Shown one piece after another: positions 28,751 to 40,347 of a DNA stretch of 64,000 nucleotides. The notes beneath the pieces were generated by a model. It worked only from the letters and a program-made list of their open reading frames with translations. It was not told the origin of the DNA and searched no databases. Every line of letters starts with the position of its first letter. Within the stretch, counting starts at the first letter, position 1. The stretch is from Candidatus Limnocylindrales bacterium (GTDB lineage Bacteria; Moduliflexota; Moduliflexia; Moduliflexales; JAUQPW01), in the NCBI GenBank assembly GCA_035559535.1, contig DATMBG010000012.1, positions 124,001 to 188,000 on the forward strand. The letters are read 5' to 3'. A program made the translations under genes and the position numbers.

Positions 28751-29935
28751 TTATATTCCAAATTCTTTTTTGACTTCGGCAAACATTTCTACGGCAAAAT
28801 CCAAATCTTTCCGGGAGTGGGCTGCCGAGATCTGAACCCGAATTCTGGCCATTCCTTTAGGCACCACGGGATAAAAGAAGCCGATAACATAGATTCCTTT
28901 TTCTAGTAATCTGGCGGCCATATTTTGGGCCAACACCGCATCACCCAGCATGATCGGTACAATGGGGTGGATACCGGGCTTAATGTTGAGTCCAATTTTG
29001 GATATTTTTTCTCGAAAGTAGCGTGTATTTTCCTCGAGCTGATCCCGTAAAGTGGTTGAAGTCGAGATCATCTCTAGGGCTTTGAGGGATGCGCACACGA
29101 TGGCGGGTGCAAGGGTATTGGAGAAAAGGTAGGGTCGTGAGCGCTGGCGCAACAGTTCCACGATCTCCTTTCTTCCACTGGTATAACCACCACTGGCTCC
29201 ACCCAGAGCCTTTCCGAGAGTACCTGTAATGATATCTACCCGATCCATGACTCCCCAGTATTCATGGGTACCCCTTCCTCCCTTGCCGAGGACTCCTACG
29301 GCATGGGAATCATCGATCATGACCAATGCTTTGTATTTATCTGCCAGATCGCAGATCTCCGGTAATCTGGCGATGGTTCCGTCCATGGAAAATACCCCAT
29401 CGGTGGCTATGAGGCGGAAACGGCAGTCGGCGGCTTCCTTGAGTTTAGCCTCGAGGTCCTCCATATCGCAGTTCCTGAAACGAAATCTTCTGGCTTTACA
29501 GAGCCTTATACCATCGATAATGCTGGCATGGTTAAGTTCATCGCTGATGACTGCATCTTCTTCGGAGAGCAGAGTTTCAAAAAGTCCTCCATTGGCATCA
29601 AAACAGGAAGTATAGAGGATGGTATCTTCTGTACCTAAAAATTCGGAGATTTTTTGCTCTAAAATTTTGTGAATCTCTTGAGTTCCACAGATGAAACGGA
29701 CCGATGAGAGTCCGTAACCCCATTTGTCCAGTCCTGCTTTAGCCGCTTCGATAATCTCAGGATGATCGGCCAGGCCCAAATAGTTATTGGCACACATATT
29801 TAGAACACTCTGGCCTGTCTTCACACGGATGTTGGCCTGTTGGGGGCTGATGAGGATCCGTTCGACTTTATAGAGTCCACTTTCCTCAATTTGCTGGAGT
29901 TGTTGCCTCAGGTAAGGTTTCATGGTCTCAAACAT
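28751..29935 (-). CDS. kbl: Glycine C-acetyltransferase (2-amino-3-ketobutyrate CoA ligase)
   Basis: [48 protein letters not shown]; adjacent to tdh. Confidence 0.96.
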   Translation of the reverse strand: MFETMKPYLRQQLQQIEESGLYKVERILISPQQANIRVKTGQSVLNMCANNYLGLADHPEIIEAAKAGLDKWGYGLSSVRFICGTQEIHKILEQKISEFLGTEDTILYTSCFDANGGLFETLLSEEDAVISDELNHASIIDGIRLCKARRFRFRNCDMEDLEAKLKEAADCRFRLIATDGVFSMDGTIARLPEICDLADKYKALVMIDDSHAVGVLGKGGRGTHEYWGVMDRVDIITGTLGKALGGASGGYTSGRKEIVELLRQRSRPYLFSNTLAPAIVCASLKALEMISTSTTLRDQLEENTRYFREKISKIGLNIKPGIHPIVPIMLGDAVLAQNMAARLLEKGIYVIGFFYPVVPKGMARIRVQISAAHSRKDLDFAVEMFAEVKKEFGI

Positions 29936-30157
29936 GGGTATTTTCCTCCTTTTTAGGAGTTACTGACCAACAGGGATTAATCCCAAGGATATAAAAGCAC
30001 CAGTAAGATACGAGGACTCCTGAGACACTGGGACGCGGGGACATGGAGACGGGGGGAATTCTCACGTCTCCGTATCCCCATTTCCTCCTGTCCCAGAACC
30101 GTGTCAGAGAGCCGTATTTCAATATCCCAAAGCCATATTCCAGAAGTCCTCCCTCTC

Positions 30158-31195
30158 CTAGTCGATCCAATTAAGAATAACCTTTCCGGATTTACCGGAG
30201 CGCATGACTTCAAAGCCTTCTTGAAAAAATTGATATCGAAACCGGTGGGTGATGACCGGAGAGACATCCAGGCCTGTCTGGATCATACTAGTCATTTTAT
30301 ACCAGGTTTCGTACATTTCCCGTCCATAGATACCTTTAATTGTTAATCCGTTAAAAATGATCTGGTTCCAATCAATGGCGAAGTTGTTTTTATGGATTCC
30401 CAGCATGGCGATTTTACCACCATGGCACATATTGGCCAGCATACTTTTGAAAGCTTCCTCATTTCCAGACATTTCAAGCCCCACGTCGAAGCCTTCTTTC
30501 ATTCCCAGCTCTTTTACCACATCTTCGATATGCTCTTTGGTGACGTTGACCACCCGGGTAGGCTTCACTTTTTTAGCCAGCTCCAGTCTATAGGGATTAA
30601 CATCGGTTATCACTACATAGCGGGCACCGGCATGTTTGGCGATAGCTGCGGCCATGATGCCGATAGGACCAGCTCCGGTTATCAGCACGTCCTCACCCAG
30701 CAGATCAAAAGATAAGGCCGTATGGGTAGCGTTGCCCAGGGGATCGAAGAAGGCAAGGATATCGGTCGGGATGCTGGGATCGCAATACCATACATTGGTT
30801 ACAGGAATACAGATATACTCTGCAAAGGCTCCATCTCGATCCACTCCCACCCCCCGGGTCTTCCTACACAGGTGTCGGCGTCCGGCCAGGCAGTTTCGGC
30901 AGCGCCCACAAACAATATGCCCTTCACCGCTTACCAGATCCCCTTTGTTAAAATCGTGGACATTACTTCCCACTTCTTCCACGGTTCCCACAAACTCATG
31001 ACCTATGATCAAGGGAATCGAGATGGTCTTTTGGGCCCATTCATCCCAATTGTAGATATGAACATCTGTACCACAAATAGAAGTTTTATGAACCCTTATC
31101 AGGACGTCATTAATGCCAACTTCCGGAACCGGCACTTCTTCCAACCACAGGCCGGGTTCGGCACGTTTCTTAACCAGGGCTTTCATTTTTTTCAT
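30158..31195 (-). CDS. tdh: L-threonine 3-dehydrogenase
   Basis: [48 protein letters not shown]; start trimmed to [10 protein letters not shown]. Confidence 0.96.
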   Translation of the reverse strand: MKKMKALVKKRAEPGLWLEEVPVPEVGINDVLIRVHKTSICGTDVHIYNWDEWAQKTISIPLIIGHEFVGTVEEVGSNVHDFNKGDLVSGEGHIVCGRCRNCLAGRRHLCRKTRGVGVDRDGAFAEYICIPVTNVWYCDPSIPTDILAFFDPLGNATHTALSFDLLGEDVLITGAGPIGIMAAAIAKHAGARYVVITDVNPYRLELAKKVKPTRVVNVTKEHIEDVVKELGMKEGFDVGLEMSGNEEAFKSMLANMCHGGKIAMLGIHKNNFAIDWNQIIFNGLTIKGIYGREMYETWYKMTSMIQTGLDVSPVITHRFRYQFFQEGFEVMRSGKSGKVILNWID

Positions 31196-31208
31196 AGGAA
31201 TCATTACC

Positions 31209-31988
31209 TTAATGCCCGAATTTTTCAGGATCCGGTTTCCGCTTTTCCTGGAACGAAGCCCCCAGCTCTTTGGACTCGGCCGTATCCAGGTAAAGTCGGA
31301 GTAGCAGATCATGGGATAGCCGGGCTAAACCGGATACTCCCCCATGTCGAGCATTGAAGGCCGCCTTGATGGAAGCCAGGGCAAAGGATCCTCGCTCTGC
31401 AATTTCCAGAGCCATTTTCCTGGTTTCTGCGACAAGTTGATCATCCGGGACCACTTTATTAATCAGGCCCATTTCAAGAGCTTCCCGAGCCGTTATTTTG
31501 GCATTTCGAAACCAGATTTCCTTGGCCCGTTTTTTCCCCACCAGGTCTTCCAAATACCAGGTTCCATACCCGGCATCGAAGCTTCCCATGGCTGGACCTA
31601 CCTGGCGAAAGATGGCACTTTCTTTGGCAATGGTGAGATCACAGACCATTTGTAAGACGTTACCACCCCCAACGGCATAACCATTAACCGAAGCAATCAC
31701 AGGCTTTTGCAACTTTTCGATGCTTTCGTATACTTCCAAAGTAGGTAAGACTCCGGCATATAAAAGGGAATCCTCTAACTCTTCTTTCCTTCCTCCAAGA
31801 CAGAAAAATTTATCTCCGGCTCCTGTGATAACCAGAACCCGGGTTCTGGTTTCTCGACGAATCTGGTTAATGCAATCCCTTATTTCATGGCACATTTCGG
31901 GATTGAACATGTTCCCATCGTGGGGACGATTTAAAGTTAAAGTGCCGACGGGACCGTCTTCAGAATATAAAATTGTGTTATAAGCCAT
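31209..31988 (-). CDS. Crotonase-family enzyme, MenB/BadI-like
   Basis: [36 protein letters not shown]. Confidence 0.85.
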   Translation of the reverse strand: MAYNTILYSEDGPVGTLTLNRPHDGNMFNPEMCHEIRDCINQIRRETRTRVLVITGAGDKFFCLGGRKEELEDSLLYAGVLPTLEVYESIEKLQKPVIASVNGYAVGGGNVLQMVCDLTIAKESAIFRQVGPAMGSFDAGYGTWYLEDLVGKKRAKEIWFRNAKITAREALEMGLINKVVPDDQLVAETRKMALEIAERGSFALASIKAAFNARHGGVSGLARLSHDLLLRLYLDTAESKELGASFQEKRKPDPEKFGH

Positions 31989-32123
31989 GGGAAATCAGAA
32001 GTCAGAAGTCAGAACAGCGAGAGAGGATCTTTATACAAAGGGTGGATAGATAAAGTTTAGAACGACCCCTTCATTCTGACTTCTGGATTCTGGTGATTAA
32101 TCTTGAGCAGTTCCGATAAAGTT

Positions 32124-32939
32124 CTAAATAACCTTTCTGGCCAGATAACAGACCCGTTCCCGGTCTTCTTCGCTGAACCAGGGTGGATTTCCGGCCTGGG
32201 CATTTTCGGTCATTCGTCCGATTTTTGAAGTAGCCGGGATGGCTACATGGACCCGAGGATCACTGAGAATCCACTTTAATAAAATTTGGGGCCAGGTCTC
32301 GACTCCGTATTTCTTAAAGGGCTCCAGCTCCGTAACCCCGGGTTGACGCCTGACCAGCATCCCTTCTCCTAAAGGGCGCATCACAATGACCCCAAGTTTT
32401 AGGGATTCGGCCAGGGGCAGGATTTCTCGTTCGACTGTACGTTCCAGGGCATGGTAGGGAATCTGAATGGCCTCAATCCTTCCGGTCTCCATAACTTGCC
32501 GAAGTGCTCCAAAGGCCGAAGGACTGTAATGGGTAGCCCCGATTACCTGAATTTTTTTCTCAGCTTTTAACTCTTCCAATACCGGTAGATGTTCCTGCCA
32601 GGCAAGCAAGTTATGGATCTGGTAAACCTCCACACGTCCTTGAAAAAACCGAAGCGCACGCTGAATTTGATTTTTTCCTTCCCGAAGGGAATTGGCCCAT
32701 ACCTTGGTGGCCACCAAAGCCCGGTCTCGAGACTCTCGAAGGGCTTCTCCCAGAACCCGTTCCGCCTCCCCATACATGGGGGAAGAATCAAAAAAATTTG
32801 CTCCGACCCTTAAGGCCTCGTCAACAATCTGGTAGCGCCGTCGTTCTTCTTCCCCTCCCCGCACATCAAAGGTTCGCCAGGTTCCCATTCCGATGGTGGG
32901 AACCCTTAAGCCGGTCTTACCAAAAATTCGCTTTTCCAT
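32124..32939 (-). CDS. Aldo/keto reductase
   Basis: IGMGTW, FDSSPMYG, VATKVW, QIHNL, AIPATS. Confidence 0.92.
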   Translation of the reverse strand: MEKRIFGKTGLRVPTIGMGTWRTFDVRGGEEERRRYQIVDEALRVGANFFDSSPMYGEAERVLGEALRESRDRALVATKVWANSLREGKNQIQRALRFFQGRVEVYQIHNLLAWQEHLPVLEELKAEKKIQVIGATHYSPSAFGALRQVMETGRIEAIQIPYHALERTVEREILPLAESLKLGVIVMRPLGEGMLVRRQPGVTELEPFKKYGVETWPQILLKWILSDPRVHVAIPATSKIGRMTENAQAGNPPWFSEEDRERVCYLARKVI

Positions 32940-33050
32940 ATTTTTATCCCGTTCCTAAAAATAAAATGATTGACTTTCCCTCATAATGCAAGTTAAAACA
33001 AATTAAAATCAGTCTCTAGATTTTGGATTAATGAGGAAGGAACCGTTTTT

Positions 33051-34112
33051 ATGATTCCAGTATCTAAACTTAAACTATCTCCTACGCTGGTAACTCTTTT
33101 TTTTATCTTTATGGGAGGAGTCCTTTTTTATTTCTTCTCTTCCCCCCTCCGCCCCTTTTTAGCCGCTATGGTGGTGGCTTATCTGCTCAATGAACCGGTA
33201 ACGCGTTTGGAGCTTCTGGGGATCCCCAGGATCTTAGCCATTACCCTGGTTTTTATCCTTATTATAGGGTTTTTGATCATTGTCCTATTCTGGCTCCTCC
33301 CCCTATTTATCGAGCAACTGACCAATCTCCTCCAGGATATCCCCTTTTATACCCGGGAGGTCCGACAGTATATCCTTGATTTCCAGGCAAGACATCAAGA
33401 GGTTATTAATACCACCTATGGCCAGCAAGTTTTAGATCGCATATCGGCTGAAACCGAAAAGGTTATAGCTAATTTTATCTCGCTGGTTCTGGCGGCTATT
33501 ACCGGAGCTATTACCAATGTGGTTGATCAACTGGTCATTATGTTTCTGGTTTTTTTCTTTTTGAAGGACAAGGATCTCTTCTGGACCTGGCTCACACGAC
33601 ATTTACCGGGGAATCAAGAGCTAGTTCTCAATATTTTATATGATATCGACCGGCAAATGGGTAATTTTGTTAGAGGTAAGCTCGCCGTGATTATGATACT
33701 TTGGGGATTTACCACCGTGGCTTTTTCTCTGAGCGGTCTTAACTATTCTCTTTTCTGGGGGTTTTTAACCGGACTTTCTACCCTGGTCCCTTATTTCGGT
33801 CCCATTATCGTGAGTATACCCATTTTCCTGGTAGCATTTTTGCAATTCGGAACCTGGTGGGGATTTGTTAAAATCGGCCTGATTTACATCGGCTTTCAAA
33901 CCATTGAAGGAAACATTTTAACCCCTTTTATTACAGGTAAAACAACGCATATTCATCCAGCCATTATTATCTTATCCATCTTAATCTGTAATTACCTGTG
34001 GGGATTCTGGGGAGTTGTATTTTCAGTGCCCCTGACTATCTTTATCAAAAGTGTTTTAACCCAGGTGATAGCAACATGGGAGGTGGAAAAAAATTCTCTC
34101 ACCTATAGGTAA
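33051..34112 (+). CDS. AI-2E (PerM) family transporter
   Basis: AYLLNEPV, FVRGKL, VPYFGP, EGNILTP, HPAIIILS. Confidence 0.9.
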   Translation: MIPVSKLKLSPTLVTLFFIFMGGVLFYFFSSPLRPFLAAMVVAYLLNEPVTRLELLGIPRILAITLVFILIIGFLIIVLFWLLPLFIEQLTNLLQDIPFYTREVRQYILDFQARHQEVINTTYGQQVLDRISAETEKVIANFISLVLAAITGAITNVVDQLVIMFLVFFFLKDKDLFWTWLTRHLPGNQELVLNILYDIDRQMGNFVRGKLAVIMILWGFTTVAFSLSGLNYSLFWGFLTGLSTLVPYFGPIIVSIPIFLVAFLQFGTWWGFVKIGLIYIGFQTIEGNILTPFITGKTTHIHPAIIILSILICNYLWGFWGVVFSVPLTIFIKSVLTQVIATWEVEKNSLTYR

Positions 34113-34184
34113 TACGAACCGCCGTCGAGGTATAAATATGGTGATTCGCTTTACCATGGCACCTCCGATTTTGCAACCATTTCT

Positions 34185-35960
34185 ATGCAAATCCTTATCG
34201 TCTTGGCTATTTTGCTTGCTTCGGTGGTGTTATTTGTAACAGAACTGGTGCCCGCCGATCTCGTTGCTTTGGGGATTATGATCGGTTTGATCCTCACCGG
34301 TATTCTAACCCCCGAGGAAGCGATCGCCGGGTTCAGTAATCCGGCCCTCATTACCGTAGCAGCCATGTTTGTTTTAAGTGCCGGTCTCCTCCGAACCGGA
34401 GCCGTGGGATTTATTGGGAAGAAGATTATACAGATCTCCGGAAAGGATGAAAAAAAGCTTCTCTTATCCATCCTGCTGGTCGTTACCTTTATCTCGGCCT
34501 TCATTAACAACACTCCGGTTATGATGGTATTTCTTCCCATCATTTTAGGTATTTCTTATCAGACCGAGATAAGTCCCTCGAAGCTTCTCATCCCAACTTC
34601 CTATGCAACGATTATTGGAGGAACCTGCACCCTGATCGGAACTTCCACCAATGTCCTGGTCAGCTTTTTGATTAAAAAATATGGATTCCCTGAGTTGAAG
34701 ATGTTTGAATTTACCCAATTGGGAATCATTTTCGCCGTAGCCGGTATTCTCTATATCTTTTTTATCGGTTATCATCTGCTACCCCGACGGGCCAGTGTAA
34801 CGGGTTATATCTCCGGTAACTATATCAAGGAATACCTGACCGAGATGGAAATCATTAAGGGGTCTTCACTGGCCGGAAAGACACTGTCCGAAGCCATCCT
34901 AAAAAAATACCCCGACATTAAAATCCTTCAACTCATTCGAGGAGAAGAAATCCTCTGGACCCCCCTTCCTTCCCTGGTATTAAAAGAAGGGGATGTTCTC
35001 TTGGTTCGGGGCAGTGTTACAGATATTGTCTCCCTTTATAACAAAGATGATGTAGAATTACTTCCAGATTTATCTCCCGGAGAGATTAAATTTAAAGAAC
35101 AAAACAGTACTCTGGCCGAACTGGTTATTACCCCTAATTCCTCTCTTATTGGCCGCACCACACGGGGAGTCGGATTTAGAAACCGATATGGCGTGACCGT
35201 GGTAGCTATCCAGCGTCACGGAATTCACATTCGGGAGAAAATCTCACAGATCCGGCTTCGACTCGGAGATACCCTCCTCGTTTTGGGAGATGTGGATTCC
35301 ATTGTAAAACTTCGGGATTGTGAGGATTTCCTCTTATTAGAAGGTATTGAAGAGACCGTCATCTATAAAGATAAGGCCCCTATTGCCATTGGAATCATGT
35401 TGATGGTTATTGTTCTGGCTGCTTTGGATTTTATGTCTATCCTGGTTTTATCCCTCCTAGGGGTCATGCTGATGATTTTAACCCGATGTATCCCCCTCAA
35501 GGCTGCTTATCGCTCCGTAGATATGTCGGTAATGATCTTAATTGCAGGAACTATTGCCCTTGGAACGGCTATGGAAAAAACCCATGCAGCGGAATTAATT
35601 GCCCATCACCTGATCTCTATGGTCGGATTTCTAGGCCCTACAGCGGTCCTGTCTGCTTTTTATCTTCTAACCAGTTTCCTTACCGCCGTGATGTCCAATA
35701 ACGCTACAGCGGTACTTCTGATTCCTATTGCGATTTCCACCGCTACCTCCCTGGGAGTAAATCCTAAACCCTTCATTCTGGCCGTTATGTTCGGAGCCTC
35801 CGCCGATTTCTCCACTCCTATCGGATATCAAACCAACACCATGGTCTACGGACCTGGAGGATATAAGTTCATCGACTATGTGAAGGTGGGAACGCCTTTA
35901 AATGTTCTATTCTGGATTTTGGCCACTCTATTTCTTCCGTATTTTTGGCCTTTAAAATAA
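34185..35960 (+). CDS. SLC13 family permease with two TrkA-C domains
   Basis: GFSNPA, SAFINNTP, GGTCTLIGTSTN, MSNNAT, TPIGYQTNTMVYGPGGYKF. Confidence 0.92.
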   Translation: MQILIVLAILLASVVLFVTELVPADLVALGIMIGLILTGILTPEEAIAGFSNPALITVAAMFVLSAGLLRTGAVGFIGKKIIQISGKDEKKLLLSILLVVTFISAFINNTPVMMVFLPIILGISYQTEISPSKLLIPTSYATIIGGTCTLIGTSTNVLVSFLIKKYGFPELKMFEFTQLGIIFAVAGILYIFFIGYHLLPRRASVTGYISGNYIKEYLTEMEIIKGSSLAGKTLSEAILKKYPDIKILQLIRGEEILWTPLPSLVLKEGDVLLVRGSVTDIVSLYNKDDVELLPDLSPGEIKFKEQNSTLAELVITPNSSLIGRTTRGVGFRNRYGVTVVAIQRHGIHIREKISQIRLRLGDTLLVLGDVDSIVKLRDCEDFLLLEGIEETVIYKDKAPIAIGIMLMVIVLAALDFMSILVLSLLGVMLMILTRCIPLKAAYRSVDMSVMILIAGTIALGTAMEKTHAAELIAHHLISMVGFLGPTAVLSAFYLLTSFLTAVMSNNATAVLLIPIAISTATSLGVNPKPFILAVMFGASADFSTPIGYQTNTMVYGPGGYKFIDYVKVGTPLNVLFWILATLFLPYFWPLK

Positions 35961-36191
35961 AATTTATAAAACGTCAGTTACTCCCCTGCCGGATTTTTAT
36001 GTTTTACGTTTTACTTTTGCTAAACCTTTTTATGGCTCTATATGTCTAAAAATTGACAGATATTCTTTATAGTTTACCCTGGGTTCTGTCTCTTCTACGG
36101 TAAAACCGGGCTTTAAGGTCGTTGACTTAAAGTTTAAGTAGACCCCATGGGGCATCCTGATGATAGCCATTAGAGAATCTGAAAATCTCTC

Positions 36192-36293
36192 AGCTCCAGC
36201 AGGAGTAACCTGTTGGAACAGGCTGCTTCTCCTGGAACTAAGAGGTTTTTAGGCGTTAGTTTTTGCCATAAATAGATTGCTCCCGGTGGAGCT
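36192..36293. repeat. AGCTCCAGC-GGAG-type palindromic repeat cluster (family D)
   Basis: AGCTCCAGCAGGAGTAACCTGTT (36192-36214) with inverted copies at 36217-36239 and 36271-36293; related copies at 15411-15432 and 15554-15573. Confidence 0.7.
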
Positions 36294-36420
36294 AAAAAGA
36301 GATTAGACTTTTTTGCTCGTTTTTAAGTCAATGGCAGGGGGACAGGGCCTGGAAACGAGGTAGGGACGGAAGTATTAGATAGAATTTTAACCTTCTTAGA
36401 TTTAGGAGAATGGTTCCTTT

Positions 36421-39400
36421 ATGAACTTGGATTTAGGCGGACTTTTCTCAGGGGGAGGTAAAAAGAAGCTGGTGAAAAAGATAGCTCAGTATAAGGATCA
36501 GTTGAACAAGGATCCTTATAACCCAACCCTTCATGTTGAGCTGGGGGATCTTTTAGTAAAACTAGATCAGCCTCAAGCAGCTATAGAACATTACCACCGG
36601 GCGGCTAACCTTCTTACCCAACAGCATAATCCTTCTAAAGTCAGTACCCATCTCATTGAGATCTACAAAAAGATTTTATCTCTTGCTCCAGATGATCAGG
36701 CCTGTGAAAATCTGGGTGCAGAATATAATCGCATCGGAAAACATACCAAAGCTTATGAACTTTATCTTTCCGTAGCAGAAAAACTATACCAACAGGGCTT
36801 TTATGAGAAAGCCCTCAGGCTTTATCAATCTGCTCTCATTCTGGTCTATAACAGTGCTATTGCTCATACCCGATGCGCTGAAATTTATCAGCATCTGGGG
36901 CAGTTGGAAAAAAGTGCCTTTGAATATTTCACGTTAGGAGAGTTAAGCTCAAAACGGCAGAAGCCGGCAGAGGCCCTGGAGTATTACCAGAAAGCTCTAA
37001 ATCTACTTCCTTCTAACCTCGATATAAGGGCTAAAATGGCCGAAACCTATCAACAGCTAGGTAAAAGGGAAGAGGCACTGAATGAATACTTAAACCTGGC
37101 AAAAATCTGTTTGGAAAAAGAAGAGGCGGCCAAGGCTTTAACCTATTATCAACGGTGTCTGGCCATCTACCCCGATCATCCTCAAGCCTTGGAAGGAAAA
37201 AAGAAAGCCATTGAGTTATATACCCCGACATGGGAAGGGGAAAAATCCTCAGAACCCCAACCCACTGGATCTTCGAAAAACATATCGGGTTCCCAGGGAG
37301 AGGATGACCTTTCTCCTCAGGCCGAAACCTTTTCTCCAAATTCAAATCAGGCCCCTGAAATGGAAGAGAGCCTGGACCTGTATGCACCCTTAACATTCCC
37401 TCTGGTGGAAGAAAAAGAGGCTAAATCTACCAGAAATATTTCTTCCAGATCTGAAGACAACCCCCTGGAAGAGTCCAGTAAAGTCCAGGCCCTTATTCAG
37501 GAAAAAGCACTCCTCGAAGCTGAAGTTAGAGAACATCTGAGAAATCAGGAACTTCTGAAAGAAAAAATGGAAAAGATCCTGGAGAGCAAAAGACGACTTC
37601 AACAGGAATTTCAAGAACAGCTCTCCCAATTGGAAGAAGAAAGAAATAATCTGGTCGGTAAATCCAGGCGAGTCGCCGAATCTGAAGCCTATTCGATTAA
37701 TGATTTAAAGTCTCTTCAAGATAAAATACGGATTTTACAAGAAAAGCTCTCTCAGGCCGGATATGAAAAAACAGAAATTCAGCAAAAATTCTCCAGGCAA
37801 ATTGAGGAATTGAAACTGAAAGAAAAATCCCTCAAAGCCGAATTGTCTCAAATCTCCCGGGAAAAAAAGGAACTTGAGGAAAAACTGGAAGCTCTTACGG
37901 TGACCTACCAAGAACTTCAGGAGGCTAAACGCGTCAGCGAGGAACAGTTTAAAGAAGCTATTGCAAAACTCCAAGCCAATCAGCAGGAGCTTCAAGATCA
38001 ACTCGACACTTTACTTAAAGAGAAAATTATAGCCAACCAGAAGTTAAAGTTGCAAGGAGATAAGCTTAAGGTTGCAGCTAAATTATTAAAAGAAAAGCTA
38101 GATCAGGTCAATGAGCTTAAACGGCAACTGGAGCTGAGGTTCAGTAAGCCGGATAAAAAAGGAGGACGAAGCCAGGAGGAACTTGTAACGGAAATAGCCC
38201 GATTAACCGAAGAAAAAACTCAGCTTCAGAATCGGCTTCAGGCCATTATCGATGCTAAGGAACACATTGAAAGGGAATTTGCAACCTTAAAGAATGAGCT
38301 GAATAGTCTCCAGCAGACTAAAAAGAAAGATCATCTCAAATTTGCGGAACTCGCCCGGAAACATATCCAACGTGGAAAAGCTTTGGTACGTTTGGATCAG
38401 GAAAGAAAGAAATTAGCCCAACAGCTTGCCGACGAGGAGGCCCAGAAGAGGCGAATTGCCCGGGAGCTTGAACAGGTAAAACAGGCCGAGCAGCAACTTC
38501 AAAAGACCATCTGGGAAAAATTAGAGTCCGAAAAGGCGCTGAAAGAAGAATTGACCAGATTTCAAACCCGGGGGGCGAATTTAAGCAAACAGCTTGAAGA
38601 ACATCAGAAAAAAGAGGCCGAGCTGGAAACTCAACTTGCTGAGCTGCTCGTCAAAGGCCGAGAAGTTGATGCGTTAAGAAATCAACTTAACGAGCATCTT
38701 AGAAAAGAAGAGGAATTAAATCAGAAGTTGAATTCTATTCAAGTCCAATATAAGCAAACCGAAGCCCAGATGCTGGAAGAAAAGGCTCAGCTTATGGAGA
38801 GGGTTCAACAGCTACAGGCCGAGATGGATCAAACCAAGGCTCTAAGCGCTCAGCAGTTGGCCCAGATCAAAGCAGAGCTGGAAGAAAGGACTAAAAAAGA
38901 GAAACTTCTCATCGGAAAGTTGAAACAGCTCGTTAAAGCCAAAGCCGCTGCAGATAAGTCCCTCTCGGAGGAAACTAGAAAAAAACTGGCCCTCTATGAA
39001 AAACAAATCTCTGCTTTGCAAACAGACCTGGAAGAATCCCGAATTAAAAATCAGCAGTTGCAGGAAGAAATTCAAGTCCTGGAAAGTAATTATAAAAAAG
39101 AACTGGCTTCCAGGCAAAAGGAGATTGAAGAACTCAAGAAACTCAGGACGTCGAGTCCTGCTATGATAACCGATGGGATCGTTCAGCGCCTGGAGAAAAA
39201 ACTGGAAGAGATTCAAGAAGCCGACAGAAAAATGGAAGCCCTTTTAAAGGAAGCACGAATTCTGGAAGAAGAGAAGAATCTTCAACTAAAGAAGGGACTG
39301 ACCCAGGTCCTGGCCGGGATAGAAAGGCTGGAAAGAGATTTCAAGGAGAGAATCTCTTCCCTGGAAGATAAGAATCTTCAAACAGAGACCTGGCTTAAGG

Positions 39401-40332
39401 AAGTTCTCAATCCTCAAAGCCTCAAAACCCTCTTAAAACAAGGGCTCAGCTCCACTCTAACTTCCGGTAAAAATCGTTCCACCAAATGGTTGAGAGGAAT
39501 TCGCTTCTTATCTGTGGGTGTAATTATTCTCTTAACAGTTCTTTTCCTTCTCAGACATATATCCTACAATGAAGAATTATCCCTCCGTCTGGATAATTTG
39601 GATCCCATTGTCCTTCAATCGGAAAGCGCGGTTGCCGAACCTTCGGGGCTGATTCCTTCTTCATCCCCTGCAATCGAACCCGGGACAGACTCCAGTAAGC
39701 CTAAAACCTCATCTGCCCCCCTAACTAAGAAAGGATCTCCCTCTAGAACTTTGAACAAATCCCAGAATTTACCTGCCACATCCGAATTCGATGATGGGGT
39801 AAACCTCGATAAACAGCCTGTTGAATCCCATTCACCGGGTCCAGAGCTAAAAACCGCTCAAATTGAGAATAAGCCGGAGGTTAATTTACTTCCTCGAAAA
39901 AGGGAAAAGAATCTAAAAAAAGAGACCTACAGATCCGAATCTTACGGGGAGAGAAAAAGAGTTAAGCCTCCTGTTCAATCCCCCGAATCTCCCCAATCTG
40001 ATTCCCAATGGATTTCGATGAACTCGGAACCCCAGACTTCTGACAGGATTTCACTCCCATTGGATTCCAACCCTTATTCAGAAATAGATATCCCGTCCCG
40101 TGGACCTGATTATTCTCAACTCAGGGCCTATCGGACGTATTTATTACGTTATCGGAATCAAAACCCCCAGACTTTTATCCGCTACAATCCCTTAGAAAAC
40201 CTCTACCATTATGAATTATACCCGTTTGAGGGAAGGGGTTTTCGCCGGCCGGAACGACCTTTTCGTTTCCAGGACTTCCGGGGACCTATTCGATACCCGG
40301 GGGGATACCGGCCAGAACGACCTTTTCATTAA
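36421..40332 (+). CDS. Large TPR / coiled-coil / single-TM protein
   Basis: ~270 aa of TPRs, ~650 aa E/K/Q/L heptads, TM FLSVGVIILLTVLFLL, S/P-rich tail. Confidence 0.8.
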   Translation: MNLDLGGLFSGGGKKKLVKKIAQYKDQLNKDPYNPTLHVELGDLLVKLDQPQAAIEHYHRAANLLTQQHNPSKVSTHLIEIYKKILSLAPDDQACENLGAEYNRIGKHTKAYELYLSVAEKLYQQGFYEKALRLYQSALILVYNSAIAHTRCAEIYQHLGQLEKSAFEYFTLGELSSKRQKPAEALEYYQKALNLLPSNLDIRAKMAETYQQLGKREEALNEYLNLAKICLEKEEAAKALTYYQRCLAIYPDHPQALEGKKKAIELYTPTWEGEKSSEPQPTGSSKNISGSQGEDDLSPQAETFSPNSNQAPEMEESLDLYAPLTFPLVEEKEAKSTRNISSRSEDNPLEESSKVQALIQEKALLEAEVREHLRNQELLKEKMEKILESKRRLQQEFQEQLSQLEEERNNLVGKSRRVAESEAYSINDLKSLQDKIRILQEKLSQAGYEKTEIQQKFSRQIEELKLKEKSLKAELSQISREKKELEEKLEALTVTYQELQEAKRVSEEQFKEAIAKLQANQQELQDQLDTLLKEKIIANQKLKLQGDKLKVAAKLLKEKLDQVNELKRQLELRFSKPDKKGGRSQEELVTEIARLTEEKTQLQNRLQAIIDAKEHIEREFATLKNELNSLQQTKKKDHLKFAELARKHIQRGKALVRLDQERKKLAQQLADEEAQKRRIARELEQVKQAEQQLQKTIWEKLESEKALKEELTRFQTRGANLSKQLEEHQKKEAELETQLAELLVKGREVDALRNQLNEHLRKEEELNQKLNSIQVQYKQTEAQMLEEKAQLMERVQQLQAEMDQTKALSAQQLAQIKAELEERTKKEKLLIGKLKQLVKAKAAADKSLSEETRKKLALYEKQISALQTDLEESRIKNQQLQEEIQVLESNYKKELASRQKEIEELKKLRTSSPAMITDGIVQRLEKKLEEIQEADRKMEALLKEARILEEEKNLQLKKGLTQVLAGIERLERDFKERISSLEDKNLQTETWLKEVLNPQSLKTLLKQGLSSTLTSGKNRSTKWLRGIRFLSVGVIILLTVLFLLRHISYNEELSLRLDNLDPIVLQSESAVAEPSGLIPSSSPAIEPGTDSSKPKTSSAPLTKKGSPSRTLNKSQNLPATSEFDDGVNLDKQPVESHSPGPELKTAQIENKPEVNLLPRKREKNLKKETYRSESYGERKRVKPPVQSPESPQSDSQWISMNSEPQTSDRISLPLDSNPYSEIDIPSRGPDYSQLRAYRTYLLRYRNQNPQTFIRYNPLENLYHYELYPFEGRGFRRPERPFRFQDFRGPIRYPGGYRPERPFH

Positions 40333-40347
40333 GGTTCGGTTACAGAT

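Noticed and set aside
31196-31312. N-terminal extension of tdh in the ORF track
   Set aside because: Overlaps the upstream crotonase gene; Tdh similarity starts at MKKMKALVK
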